A DNA stretch of 64,000 nt from an uncultured Christensenella sp. (GTDB lineage Bacteria; Bacillota; Clostridia; Christensenellales; CAG-917). This document shows, piece after piece, positions 1-9,692 of this stretch. The notes beneath the pieces are model-generated. The model was not told where the DNA came from, did not search any database, and was given only the letters and a program-made list of their open reading frames with translations. The translations under genes were made by a program, and so were the position numbers. Where the stretch lies: positions 141,381 through 205,380 of the forward strand of contig CAJTYG010000002.1 of the NCBI GenBank assembly GCA_910584155.1. Reading direction: 5' to 3'. The stretch's first letter is position 1, and every line of letters begins with the position of its first letter.

Positions 1-1
1 C

Positions 2-259
2 CCCGAGGAAGAGCTTTACGAAGTGCTCAACTTCTGCGACGAAGTAGGTCTGCCCGTCTGCCTTAAGGACCTCGGCACAGAGGAAATCGACGACGAGCTG
101 CTCACCGCTGTTGCAGAAAAGACCTGCATCCCCGATGAATCCATCCACAATATGCCTTTCCCCGTAACGGTGGACATGGTAAAAGCGGCTATCAAGACAG
201 CCGATAAGATCGGTCACGAGTTCAAATACGGCTGCGACTGCGATTGCGGCTGCTGCTAA
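2..259 (+). CDS. gldA: glycerol dehydrogenase, C-terminal fragment (5' end upstream of window)
   Basis: The frame is open from the window edge. VGLPVCLKDLG and DESIHNMPFPVT match the conserved C-terminal domain of GldA (E. coli has ...GETIHNMPGG...). A DHA kinase gene follows. The protein ends in an unusual GCDCDCGCC tail. Confidence 0.75.
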   Translation, partial: PEEELYEVLNFCDEVGLPVCLKDLGTEEIDDELLTAVAEKTCIPDESIHNMPFPVTVDMVKAAIKTADKIGHEFKYGCDCDCGCC

Positions 260-271
260 TACGATACTTTT

Positions 272-300
272 GATACTCTCCCACCATGTGGGAGAGTATC
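272..300 (+). terminator. stem-loop downstream of gldA (weak T tract)
   Basis: 12-bp perfect stem GATACTCTCCCA (272-283) / TGGGAGAGTATC (289-300) with a 5-nt loop. Only a short T-containing tail follows. Confidence 0.45.
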
Positions 301-430
301 TTGCTGATTATAGATCAAAAGTTCGTTTTAATAATCAAGTATTTTAAAAAACTTAAAAATCTATAATACTTTCATCAAAATTACGGCAAAATGAGCGCAA
401 AAACTCGTTTGCCCCGATAAGGAGATAATT

Positions 431-2257
431 ATGAAAAAAATTATGAACACCCCCGAGACCTTTGTATACGATATGTGTCACGGGCTTGCAGCGGCTCATC
501 CCGAGCTCGAGTTTGTAGAAAAATTTAAAATCGTAAAAAAGAAAGAGATCGACGACAATAAAGTAAGCCTTATCTCGGGCGGTGGCAGCGGTCACGAGCC
601 TGCACACGCAGGTTTTGTCGGCAAAGGTATGCTTGACGCAGCCGTTTGCGGCGACGTATTCGCCTCCCCTTCACAGGTACAGGTTTACAATTCCATTAAG
701 AAGTGCGCAACCGAAAAGGGCGTGCTGCTCATCATCAAAAACTATTCCGGCGACTGCATGAACTTCAACAATGCAATGAGCGACGCACAGGAAGACGGCA
801 TCAAGGTCGACGCCGTTTATGTAAACGACGATATCGCAGTTAAAGACTCTCTTTACACTGTCGGTCGCAGAGGCGTTGCGGGCACAGTGCTCGTACACAA
901 GTGCGCAGGCGCAGCAGCTCAGCAAGGCAAGGAGCTTGAAGAAGTAAAGCGTGTTGCAAACAAGGTCATCGACAACGTACGTTCGTTTGGCTTTGCATTT
1001 ACTTCCTGCACGGTTCCCGCAGCAGGTCACCCCACCTTTGAAATCGGCGACGATGAAATGGAATTCGGCGTAGGCATCCACGGCGAGCCCGGCCGTTTCC
1101 GTGAAAAAATCGACTATTCGAAGGGCACATTCTCCGATGATCTCTCACGCAGAATCGTCACCGACCTCGAAGAGGACCTCAAGCTCAAAAAAGGCGAGGA
1201 CGTCGTGTTGCTCATCAATGGATTCGGCGGCACACCTATGCAGGAGCTTTACATCCTCAACAACTCCGTCACAAAGGCACTTGCGGCAGACGGCGTAAAC
1301 ATCCACCGCACTATCGTCGGCAACTTTATGACCTCTATCGATATGGCAGGCGCATCTATTACGGTGCTGCGTGTTGACGACGAGCTCAAGGCACTTGTAG
1401 ACTACCCCGTATCAACGCCCGCACTCACTTGGGGCGCAGCAATGAGCGAGGAAGCAGACGCAGCACTCGAGGCAATAAAGGCTATCGGCAAGGCTCTCAA
1501 CATCACCCCTCAGGAAACTGTCAAAAAGTCAGCTAAAAAGGCTGCTGCGGCAGAGGAAGAGGACGCAAACGCCGTGTACGAAGTAGTCGGCGAGCCTGTT
1601 GTAACCGAAACTATCAACACTCCCGCTTTTGTCAAAATCGTTGACAAAATGGCTGACGTTATAATCGAAAACGAAGTCCCCTTCTGCGAAGCGGATAAGA
1701 TGGGCGACGGCGACTTCGGTATGTCTATCGCAAAGGGCTTCAAGCAGCTCAAGGCAGACTGGGCAACGAGAAAGAAAGGCGACATAGGTCAATTCCTCGT
1801 AAGCTGCTCTGAAATCATCAAGGAATACTGCGGCGGCGCATCCGGTCCTATCTGGGGCTCTGCATTCAAGTATGCGGGCAAGGCTATGCTCGGCAAGACG
1901 GAAGTGAACCTCACAGACGTTGCATTCCTCTTTATGGAAGCAAACAGAGGCGTATACGAAACAGGCAAAAAATCCTTCGGCAAGGGCGCAGATATCGGCG
2001 ACAAGACGTTGGTTGACGCACTTAAGCCCTGCGCATTGGCTCTCACCAAAGCCGCAGAGGAAGGCAAAAAGCTCAGAGAAGGTCTCGATCTCGGTGCAAA
2101 GGCAGCTCATGAGGGCGCAGAAGCAACCAAGACTCACGTTGCAACTCTCGGCAGAGCGGGCACAGTCGGCGAGCGCAGCATAGGATATCCCGATGCAGGC
2201 GCACACGGACTTGACGTCATCTTCAACGAACTTGCAAAGTTTGTGAAAACTCTGTAA
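431..2257 (+). CDS. dak: dihydroxyacetone kinase, fused DhaK-DhaL (ATP-dependent type)
   Basis: 608 aa. N-terminal DhaK motif ISGGGSGHEPAHAGFVGKGML and C-terminal DhaL motifs DGDFGMSIAKGF and GRAGTVGERSIGYPDAGA. AAGGAG RBS upstream of the ATG. Confidence 0.92.
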   Translation: MKKIMNTPETFVYDMCHGLAAAHPELEFVEKFKIVKKKEIDDNKVSLISGGGSGHEPAHAGFVGKGMLDAAVCGDVFASPSQVQVYNSIKKCATEKGVLLIIKNYSGDCMNFNNAMSDAQEDGIKVDAVYVNDDIAVKDSLYTVGRRGVAGTVLVHKCAGAAAQQGKELEEVKRVANKVIDNVRSFGFAFTSCTVPAAGHPTFEIGDDEMEFGVGIHGEPGRFREKIDYSKGTFSDDLSRRIVTDLEEDLKLKKGEDVVLLINGFGGTPMQELYILNNSVTKALAADGVNIHRTIVGNFMTSIDMAGASITVLRVDDELKALVDYPVSTPALTWGAAMSEEADAALEAIKAIGKALNITPQETVKKSAKKAAAAEEEDANAVYEVVGEPVVTETINTPAFVKIVDKMADVIIENEVPFCEADKMGDGDFGMSIAKGFKQLKADWATRKKGDIGQFLVSCSEIIKEYCGGASGPIWGSAFKYAGKAMLGKTEVNLTDVAFLFMEANRGVYETGKKSFGKGADIGDKTLVDALKPCALALTKAAEEGKKLREGLDLGAKAAHEGAEATKTHVATLGRAGTVGERSIGYPDAGAHGLDVIFNELAKFVKTL

Positions 2258-2276
2258 TTCAGTTTAACAACACTTA

Positions 2277-2308
2277 AGGGCATTGCAATCGCAATGCCCT
2301 TTCTTTTT
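2277..2308 (+). terminator. rho-independent terminator of the DHA kinase gene
   Basis: Stem AGGGCATTGC (2277-2286) / GCAATGCCCT (2291-2300), 4-nt loop, then TTCTTTTT. Confidence 0.8.
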
Positions 2309-2357
2309 GCAATGAAATTATTTGAAATACTGCACTTCATTTGACAATGATATTCTG

Positions 2358-3467
2358 CTAAAGTCTGAAAACCCTATTGCCGTTTATGTACTTTGCACTG
2401 CTTACTATTATGCTTTTAGCCTGCCTCGGCGTGATATTCCTATATTTCTGACACAGCAGACAGCAAGCCCCCGCAACGTAAGGCGCAGCGGCGGACGTGC
2501 CTGTCATAAGCGAGTATGTCCCTCCTGCCGCTATTCCCTTGACGTTTACGCCGTCTGCAAACACGTCGGGACGAAGGGCGCCCTGATAAATGCCTCTCGA
2601 CGTAAACTGCGCAAGCTTATCTTCCTCATCTACTGCGCCTACTGCAATGACTTCGTTGCTTATCGCAGGCGATTTAAGTGCGTTTTCGCCGCTGTTTCCC
2701 GAAGCCGCTACCACTATCAAGCCGCTTCTTGCCAACATTTCGGCGCCGATTTTCAATGGATCGGCGTAGCTTTGCGGCTCTGCGCCGAAGCTCATACACA
2801 CTACCCTTATCCCATATTGTCTGAAGTTGTCAAACAGCCACTGCATTCCGTCAAGTATTTTAAACGTGCCACTTTCGCCGTTTGCGCCTATCACCTTAAG
2901 TCCCACCACGTTTGCACGTGGAGCTACGCCCATAATGCGTCCGCCGGACAGCGTTCCGTTTCCGCAGGCTATGCCTGCCACAAACGTACCGTGTCCGTTG
3001 TCATCGTAGGGCTGCGCTTCGCCGTCTATCATATCCACAAAATGTACTATCCGCTCTTTGGGAATGGACAGATCGCTGTGCAAGGACACACCCGTATCCA
3101 TAACGCACATCGTGACGTCTTTGCCGTCAAGATCCGTAGGCAGACTAAGCATAGTGGTTGAGCCGCCGTCCTCTTCGACGCTACCGTTTAAGGCAAAAAC
3201 CTTGCTTTGAGCGGATACGTATTCCACTTCCTGCATTCTCTCAAGCTTGATTGCGTCCTTAAGAGCGCATTTTATGCCCACCGAGCGTATAAAAGGATAC
3301 AAAGCCGTCACTTCAAAATTGCGCTCGAGCATACTCAAATGCAAGGGGTTGCGCACTCTTACAAGCGCAGTTGCGCTTTCCTGCACGCCTAAAATATTGA
3401 CAAGCCTGCCGTCAAATTTGCTTTGCGAGCGTATCATATCGATGACGTTTTTATCAAGCTTATCCAT
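2358..3467 (-). CDS. S8 (subtilisin-family) serine peptidase, apparently intracellular, with an N-terminal pro-region
   Basis: Catalytic triad motifs VMDTGVSLHSDL (Asp), HGTFVAGIACG (His), GTSAAAPYVAG (Ser). No signal peptide is visible. Confidence 0.9.
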   Translation of the reverse strand: MDKLDKNVIDMIRSQSKFDGRLVNILGVQESATALVRVRNPLHLSMLERNFEVTALYPFIRSVGIKCALKDAIKLERMQEVEYVSAQSKVFALNGSVEEDGGSTTMLSLPTDLDGKDVTMCVMDTGVSLHSDLSIPKERIVHFVDMIDGEAQPYDDNGHGTFVAGIACGNGTLSGGRIMGVAPRANVVGLKVIGANGESGTFKILDGMQWLFDNFRQYGIRVVCMSFGAEPQSYADPLKIGAEMLARSGLIVVAASGNSGENALKSPAISNEVIAVGAVDEEDKLAQFTSRGIYQGALRPDVFADGVNVKGIAAGGTYSLMTGTSAAAPYVAGACCLLCQKYRNITPRQAKSIIVSSAKYINGNRVFRL

Positions 3468-3469
3468 AT

Positions 3470-3793
3470 TTAACCCTTCAACATATCTATGATAGAACGC
3501 ATACGGCGTCTTTGCTCGTCGTTTAAAAACGGAGAGGCTGTGGCAAACAGATTTTCCATTGCCGCCGCATCGAATGTGCCGTCGTTTTTCATGCGTGCCG
3601 CCATTGACATAAGCTCTCGCATAAGCTCGTCCTCGCTTTTGCCCTCATACTGAGCCATACGGTCACGCACGCTTTGCTCGGAGCAAGTTGCATTTATATC
3701 ATCTTTTTTGCTGTTTTCTGCATTATTTTGCGGGTTTTTGCGGTTTGCTCCGTTTTGAGCGTTGCACTGATCATAACGTTCCCAAAAATTCAT
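3470..3793 (-). CDS. hypothetical small protein (107 aa), translationally coupled to the S8 peptidase
   Basis: Internal ATG at 3793 is preceded by GGAGGA 6 nt upstream. The longer ORF-track start (3949) has no RBS and encodes an implausible N-terminus. The stop lies 2 nt from the peptidase ATG. Confidence 0.6.
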   Translation of the reverse strand: MNFWERYDQCNAQNGANRKNPQNNAENSKKDDINATCSEQSVRDRMAQYEGKSEDELMRELMSMAARMKNDGTFDAAAMENLFATASPFLNDEQRRRMRSIIDMLKG

Positions 3794-3851
3794 TCTGTCC
3801 TCCGTCACATTCAATATATGTCGGCATATTATGGTTGTGACAAGGTGGAAT

Positions 3852-4373
3852 ATGAATTTTGATATAAATATGCTCTCCACGCTTATGCAGATGTTGGGCG
3901 CACAAAAAAACAAAAACGAAAACACCTCGCATGAGGAAGCTGCCGACACTGGCGAAAGGACCGCAAATAAAAACGCTTCCGTTTTTGCTGCGCAAAACGG
4001 GCTCGGTCAAAGAGTGAGCTTCGGGGACAGCGAACCAAAGCCTAAGCGCAGTAATGCGCAGGCAAATCCCCTGTCCTCAATGCTTGAAATGATGACGGGC
4101 AACACATCGTCAGGCGGCGGCGACATGATGTCGAGCCTTATGCCTATGCTTTTAAATATGATGTCGGGCAATAAAACCGCAGCGGCGCAAAGTGCGCCTA
4201 AGCAGGAAAATAAAAAATCTGATACAAACGGCGATATGGCGGAAAAAACCGCCTCGCCGCCCAAAGGCAATATGAAAACGCAACCGCACTCGCAAGATAA
4301 ATACGAGCCGATTGCGTTTGCAGGTTACGCACTTATAAGCACGCTCAATAAGCTTTATACTTCTGTACGCTGA
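3852..4373 (+). CDS. hypothetical Met/Ser/Asn-rich low-complexity protein
   Basis: ATG at 3852 is preceded by AAGGTGG. The product contains MLSTLMQMLG and DMMSSLMPMLLNMMSG. No recognisable domain. Confidence 0.55.
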   Translation: MNFDINMLSTLMQMLGAQKNKNENTSHEEAADTGERTANKNASVFAAQNGLGQRVSFGDSEPKPKRSNAQANPLSSMLEMMTGNTSSGGGDMMSSLMPMLLNMMSGNKTAAAQSAPKQENKKSDTNGDMAEKTASPPKGNMKTQPHSQDKYEPIAFAGYALISTLNKLYTSVR

Positions 4374-4374
4374 A

Positions 4375-5628
4375 TTACATCAGAATGTCATTTTGATAGA
4401 TCGGGAATTTTTTGCACAGCTCGATGACCTTTGCCTTGACGTCCTCGATAGCATTTTCCTTTTCAAATATAACGTCCGCAATGCAATCGCCGATGATAGC
4501 CATTTCCGCCTCTTTCATTCCTCTTGTCGTGACGGCGGGAGTGCCTATGCGCACGCCGCTTGTGATAGACGGCTTCTGAGGATCGTTTGGAATAGCGTTT
4601 TTGTTGAGAGTGATGTGCGCCGCATCGAGTAACACTTCAAGCTCCTTGCCCGTCACGCCGTTATTTACAAGATTGAGCAGCATAAGATGATTGTCCGTGC
4701 CGCCGCTGATGAGGCTTAAGCCTCTTTCAAGCAATTTGTTTGCAAGCGCCTTAGCGTTGAGAACGATTTGATGCTGATACTGCTTAAACTCGGGCGAAAG
4801 AGCCTCTTTGAATGCGACAGCCTTTGCGGCAACTATGTGCATAAGAGGTCCGCCCTGCGTGCCGGGGAAATTTGCTTTGTCTATCGCCTTTGCAATTTCC
4901 TCGTCGTTTGTGAGGATGAGACCGCCTCTTGGTCCTCTCAAGGTCTTGTGCGTAGTGCTTGTGACGATATGAGCATAAGGCATCGGGCTCATATGCTCGC
5001 CTGCGGCAACAAGTCCCGCAATGTGCGCCATATCCACCATAAGGTATGCGCCTACCTCGTCGGCGATCTCACGGAAGCGTTTGAAGTCTATTGCACGGGG
5101 ATATGCGCTTGCACCCGCAACGATAAGCTTTGGCATACATTCCTTTGCGATGCGCAAAACGTCGTCATAGTCGATAAAGCCCTCATCGTTCACGCCGTAG
5201 GACACGGAGTTGAAAACCTTTCCGCTCATGCTGACCTTTGCGCCGTGCGTGAGATGTCCGCCTGCTGAAAGCGACATTCCGAGTATAGTATCGCCCGGCT
5301 TAAGCAAGCTGTAATACGCCGTGAAGTTTGCGTTTGAGCCGCTGTGCGCCTGCACGTTTGCATATTTTGCGTTAAATAGCTGCTTTGCACGCTCGATAGC
5401 AAGCACTTCCGCCTTATCCACAAACTGACAGCCGCCGTAATAGCGTCTGCCGGGATAGCCCTCGGCATATTTGTTGGTGTAATAGCTGCCTGCGACCGCA
5501 AGCACTGCGGGGCTGACGATGTTTTCGCTTGCGATAAGCTCCAAGTTGTACTGTTGACGGTGAAGCTCGTCCACCATAGAAGTATACAGCTCTTCGTCTG
5601 CGGCTTTGATCACTTTCAAATCAACCAT
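4375..5628 (-). CDS. glyA: serine hydroxymethyltransferase
   Basis: 417 aa with [15 protein letters not shown] and the PLP-lysine region [14 protein letters not shown]. Confidence 0.97.
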   Translation of the reverse strand: MVDLKVIKAADEELYTSMVDELHRQQYNLELIASENIVSPAVLAVAGSYYTNKYAEGYPGRRYYGGCQFVDKAEVLAIERAKQLFNAKYANVQAHSGSNANFTAYYSLLKPGDTILGMSLSAGGHLTHGAKVSMSGKVFNSVSYGVNDEGFIDYDDVLRIAKECMPKLIVAGASAYPRAIDFKRFREIADEVGAYLMVDMAHIAGLVAAGEHMSPMPYAHIVTSTTHKTLRGPRGGLILTNDEEIAKAIDKANFPGTQGGPLMHIVAAKAVAFKEALSPEFKQYQHQIVLNAKALANKLLERGLSLISGGTDNHLMLLNLVNNGVTGKELEVLLDAAHITLNKNAIPNDPQKPSITSGVRIGTPAVTTRGMKEAEMAIIGDCIADVIFEKENAIEDVKAKVIELCKKFPIYQNDILM

Positions 5629-5705
5629 TTTATATCTCCTAAATTTTATTTCTTTTGTTATTCTATCAAAATTGTAGGCGCCCTGTCAAAGCAATAGCCA
5701 CAATA

Positions 5706-6017
5706 TCACAGATACTTGTCAATAATTTCTGCAAGCTGACTCTTTGCCCTGAAGCCGACAAGCCTCTCTTTGATTTCGCCGTCCTTAAAAATAAACACGG
5801 TCGGGATAGAAAATACGCCGAATTTTTGAGCGATATTGGGATAATCGTCAACGTCGACCTTGCCTACGGTCACCTTTCCGTCATAGTCGTGGCTAAGCTC
5901 CTCTATGATAGGCGCAAGCATTTTGCAGGGCGAGCACCACGTAGCCCAGAAATCGACCACGGCAACGCCGCTCGATACTGTTTCGTCAAAATTTTCCGAT
6001 GATAAAATTTTTGCCAT
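5706..6017 (-). CDS. trxA: thioredoxin (active site WCSPC)
   Basis: ATG at 6017 has an AAGGAG RBS 7 nt upstream. VVDFWATWCSPCKMLAP and the FKDGE region fit the thioredoxin fold. Confidence 0.9.
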   Translation of the reverse strand: MAKILSSENFDETVSSGVAVVDFWATWCSPCKMLAPIIEELSHDYDGKVTVGKVDVDDYPNIAQKFGVFSIPTVFIFKDGEIKERLVGFRAKSQLAEIIDKYL

Positions 6018-6051
6018 ATTACACTCCTTTTGCATATTGCAATTTATGTAT

Positions 6052-6492
6052 TTACTTTATTGGTTTATGAATGTTATTTATATAGTCGTTTTCCGTGCAC
6101 GCCTCGAGCATTTTAGGCTTGAAGCCGTCTCTTTTGCGGAAAACAAATACGTCGACCGGCACCGCAAACGCAAGTCCGACGATAAGCCCCAACACGGCGA
6201 GTATCGCACTTGCCGCCTTGCTTGCCAACACGCCCAAGCCTGCGCCGAGTGCTATCAGACACAGCGGAAGCAGATATATCAGCACCGAGCCGACACGCAG
6301 CTTGCGCTTAAAAATTTCCACCTTTACGTAGTCGTCCACGTTTAATTCAAGCGAGTTGTCAAGCGTAAGCTCAACTGCGCCGCCGTCCTTTGTGACGGAG
6401 CATATACCGCACCCGTCGCACATTCCGTGACGGGCAAACGCTACGGTGGCTTTGCCGTCTTTGACCTTTGAAACTCTGCCTATCTCGATCAT
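6052..6492 (-). CDS. RseC/MucC-family (SoxR-reducing system) membrane protein
   Basis: N-terminal GKATVAF...CDGCGIC Cys cluster followed by two TM helices. This is the typical RseC architecture. Confidence 0.7.
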   Translation of the reverse strand: MIEIGRVSKVKDGKATVAFARHGMCDGCGICSVTKDGGAVELTLDNSLELNVDDYVKVEIFKRKLRVGSVLIYLLPLCLIALGAGLGVLASKAASAILAVLGLIVGLAFAVPVDVFVFRKRDGFKPKMLEACTENDYINNIHKPIK

Positions 6493-7736
6493 TTTACAAC
6501 GGAAGCTATATCGGCAACGTCGCTCTCGATTTCGCTGCCGTCGCTCATATTCTTAATACGCACACGACCGCTGTTTATCTCGTCATCGCCCAAAACGATG
6601 ACGTATCCTACAGCGGATTTGTCCGCATACTTCATCTGCGCCTTGACACCTCTGTCCATAATGTCCGTCTCAACGCTGACGCCTTGCTCTCTCAGCGAGC
6701 CTGCAAGCTGCAACGCATAGTCCTTTGCGGCGTCGCCTATAGGCAGAATATAAAGCCTTGTGCACTCTTTAGGAGCGTTCAGCCTGCCCGTATTTTCAAG
6801 CACGAGCAGCAGTCTTTCAAGTCCTAAGCCGAAGCCGACCGCCGGCGTAGGCTTTCCGCCCACTTCCTCGACAAGATTGTTGTATCTTCCGCCGCCGCAG
6901 ACCGTGCCCTGTGCTCCTATATCCGTAGACACAAACTCAAACACGGTGCGTGTATAATAATCAAGCCCTCTTACTATGGACGGATTTATGCTAAACGGAA
7001 TGTTTTGCCGCTTTAGCAGCGACTGCACCTTTTCAAAATGCGCTTTGCAATCGTCGCACAAAAAGTCGGTTATCTTTGGCGCATTGGCGGTGATCGCCTT
7101 GCACTTTTCCTCCTTGCAATCGAGTATACGCAAAGGATTTTTGTCAAAGCGTGTCTGACACTGCGCACACATAGCGTGCAGGTTTTCGCCGATATACGCT
7201 TTGAGCGCCTTATTGTATTCCGCCCTGCAATTCGGGCAGCCTATACTGTTCAAATTGAGCTCGAGGCTTTCAAGCCCGACTTCCTTTAAAAAGGAATATG
7301 CAAGAGCGATGACCTCTGCGTCCGCATAGGGGCTGTCGCTTCCGTAACATTCCACGCCAAACTGATGATGCTCTCTGAGTCTGCCGTTTTGGGGCTTTTC
7401 GTATCTGAATACGGAAGCAATATAGTATGCCTTCATGGGCATTACGCCTTGAAACAGTGCATTTTCTATAAAGCACCTCGCCACTCCCGCAGTGCCCTCG
7501 GGACGCAGCGTCATACTTCTGCCGCCCTTATCCTCAAAGGTGTACATTTCCTTATTGACTATATCCGTCGTTTCGCCTACGCCACGCAAAAACAGCTCCG
7601 TATGCTCAAACATAGGGGTGCGGATTTCCTTAAAGCCGAATTTTGCTGCGACCTTGCGTGCGACGCTCTCGACATAGTGCCACTTATAAGCGTCCTGCGG
7701 CAGCATATCCTTTGTTCCCTTTGGAATGTTTATCAT
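6489..7736 (-). CDS. hisS: histidine--tRNA ligase
   Basis: 415 aa. KGTKDMLP, class II motifs (FRYEKPQNGRLREHHQFG) and the C-terminal anticodon-binding domain. Confidence 0.96.
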   Translation of the reverse strand: MINIPKGTKDMLPQDAYKWHYVESVARKVAAKFGFKEIRTPMFEHTELFLRGVGETTDIVNKEMYTFEDKGGRSMTLRPEGTAGVARCFIENALFQGVMPMKAYYIASVFRYEKPQNGRLREHHQFGVECYGSDSPYADAEVIALAYSFLKEVGLESLELNLNSIGCPNCRAEYNKALKAYIGENLHAMCAQCQTRFDKNPLRILDCKEEKCKAITANAPKITDFLCDDCKAHFEKVQSLLKRQNIPFSINPSIVRGLDYYTRTVFEFVSTDIGAQGTVCGGGRYNNLVEEVGGKPTPAVGFGLGLERLLLVLENTGRLNAPKECTRLYILPIGDAAKDYALQLAGSLREQGVSVETDIMDRGVKAQMKYADKSAVGYVIVLGDDEINSGRVRIKNMSDGSEIESDVADIASVVK

Positions 7737-7749
7737 AAGCCCTCGCCCG

Positions 7750-9099
7750 TCAGATAATAAATCTTCTCAAATTGCGCTCCTTGAGCGTTGTGGCTAAGTG
7801 CTCCTCAACGTAAGCCTTATCCACGTTTATCTCTTCCGTCTGATTGTCGTCCGCCTCATACAGCACGTCCTTAAGCAAAGCTTCGAGCACGGCGTGCAGA
7901 CGGCGTGCGCCGAGATTTTCGCTGCTTTCGTTTTGCTCGAAGGATACTCTTGCGATCTCGTCTATAGCCTCGTCCGTGAAATCGAGCTTTACGCCGTCGA
8001 CTGCAAGAAGCTCTTTATATTGCTTTAACACTGCGTTGTCTGGCTCTGTCAAAATCTTCACAAAATCGTCCTTTGTGAGGTTGTCAAGCTCAACCCTGAT
8101 GGGAAATCTGCCCTGAAGCTCTGGGATAAGGTCCTCCATACGGGATATATGGAATGCGCCCGCTGCGATAAACAGAATGAAGTCGGTACGGATTGCGCCG
8201 TGCTTTGTCTGCACCGTGCTGCCCTCTACGATGGGCAGGATATCACGCTGTACGCCCTCTCTCGACACGTCGTGTCCCTGCTGCATTCCGCCGTTGTTGT
8301 TTGCTATCTTGTCTATTTCGTCAAGGAACACAACGCCGTCCTGCTCCGCTCTTTGCAGGGCTTCGGTGACGATAGCGTCCTCGTCGACCATTTTTTCGGA
8401 CTCCCTTGCGATGATCATATCCATAGCCTGCTTGACGGTGACCTTGCGCTTCTTCACTGCGCCGCCGCCCATGCTGCTCTTCATACTCTCAAAAATGTTG
8501 CCGATATTGATAGAGTTGTCGCCGCCCACGCCTATGGGAATTTGCACGGGCTTTGGCTGTTGATGCATTTCCATTTCCACGACGAGCGTATCGAGGTGTC
8601 CCGCTTTAAGCTCACGCAAAATTTCCTCTCTCAGCTCTGCGTCGCTCTTATCCGTTTCCTGCGCAAGCGCCGCTTTACGCATAGGCAAAATGACCTTTAC
8701 AAGCTGATTTTCGGCAACCTCGGTGGCTTTGGGCAAAACCTCTTTATATTTTTCGTCACGCACCATTCTTATCGAAGCCTCTACAAGGTCACGTATGATG
8801 CTTTCCACGTCCCTGCCGACATAGCCGACTTCAGTAAACTTTGTTGCCTCAACCTTTACAAACGGAGCCTTGACCACCTTTGCGAGCCTGCGTGCGATTT
8901 CCGTCTTGCCGACGCCCGTAGGTCCCTTCATAATGATGTTTTTAGGGGTGATTTCCTCACGCATTTCTTCGGACAGCTTGCTGCGGCGATAGCGGTTGCG
9001 TAGCGCAATAGCCACTGCGACCTTTGCCTCGTGCTGACCTATGATATATCTGTCAAGCTCTGCAACTATTTGCTTTGGAGTCATAATCGAATTGTCCAT
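7750..9099 (-). CDS. hslU: ATP-dependent protease ATPase subunit HslU
   Basis: LDRYIIGQHEAKVAVAIALRNRYRR, Walker A GPTGVGKTEIARRLA and Walker B VFLDEIDK. Confidence 0.97.
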   Translation of the reverse strand: MDNSIMTPKQIVAELDRYIIGQHEAKVAVAIALRNRYRRSKLSEEMREEITPKNIIMKGPTGVGKTEIARRLAKVVKAPFVKVEATKFTEVGYVGRDVESIIRDLVEASIRMVRDEKYKEVLPKATEVAENQLVKVILPMRKAALAQETDKSDAELREEILRELKAGHLDTLVVEMEMHQQPKPVQIPIGVGGDNSINIGNIFESMKSSMGGGAVKKRKVTVKQAMDMIIARESEKMVDEDAIVTEALQRAEQDGVVFLDEIDKIANNNGGMQQGHDVSREGVQRDILPIVEGSTVQTKHGAIRTDFILFIAAGAFHISRMEDLIPELQGRFPIRVELDNLTKDDFVKILTEPDNAVLKQYKELLAVDGVKLDFTDEAIDEIARVSFEQNESSENLGARRLHAVLEALLKDVLYEADDNQTEEINVDKAYVEEHLATTLKERNLRRFII

Positions 9100-9110
9100 A
9101 TTTTCACCTC

Positions 9111-9647
9111 TTAAACGGTTTCGACCGTAATGTGGTCGTTCGTATAAACACAGATTTCGCTTGCAATCTTAAGCGCCGCCTGAGCAATGCTCTTTGCGTC
9201 CATATCCGTGTTGTTTGCAAGCGCACGTGCCGCAGCCAAGGCGTAGTTTCCGCCGCTGCCTATTGCACAGATGTCGTTTTCGGGCTCTATGACCTCGCCC
9301 GTGCCCGATATGATAAACAGCGACGTAGAATCTGCGGCTATCAAAAGCGCCTCAAGATGTCTACCGCCCTTGTCCGAGCGCCAAAGCTCTGCAAGCTCAA
9401 CTGCGGATCTCATAAGGTTTCCGCTGTACTTTTGCAGCATCGCCTCAAATTTTTCGGACAGCGCAAACGCATCTGAAACCGATCCCGCAAAGCCGATGAC
9501 GACCTTGTCGTTGTATATGCGCTTTACCTTTACGGCATTGCCCTTCATAATCACGCTTTCGCCCATAGTGACCTGTCCGTCGCCTGCTATCGCAGTGACT
9601 CCGTTACGCTTGACTGCGCAAATCGTAGTCCCTCTGAATTCCACCAT
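9111..9647 (-). CDS. hslV: ATP-dependent protease subunit HslV
   Basis: 178 aa. An N-terminal Thr nucleophile context ([11 protein letters not shown]) and an Ntn-hydrolase pattern. The gene lies directly upstream of hslU. Confidence 0.96.
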   Translation of the reverse strand: MVEFRGTTICAVKRNGVTAIAGDGQVTMGESVIMKGNAVKVKRIYNDKVVIGFAGSVSDAFALSEKFEAMLQKYSGNLMRSAVELAELWRSDKGGRHLEALLIAADSTSLFIISGTGEVIEPENDICAIGSGGNYALAAARALANNTDMDAKSIAQAALKIASEICVYTNDHITVETV

Positions 9648-9692
9648 ATTTATACCTCCAAAATTTTCATATTTTATTGCACAATGTGCGTT

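Noticed and set aside
3794-3949. Upstream extensions of several ORF-track predictions (3949, 6035, 29669, 40173, 48472, 48911, 52553, 59360, 62122)
   Set aside because: In each case an internal ATG has a clear GGAGG-type RBS at 5-9 nt and yields the conserved family N-terminus. The extension lacks an RBS and encodes implausible sequence.
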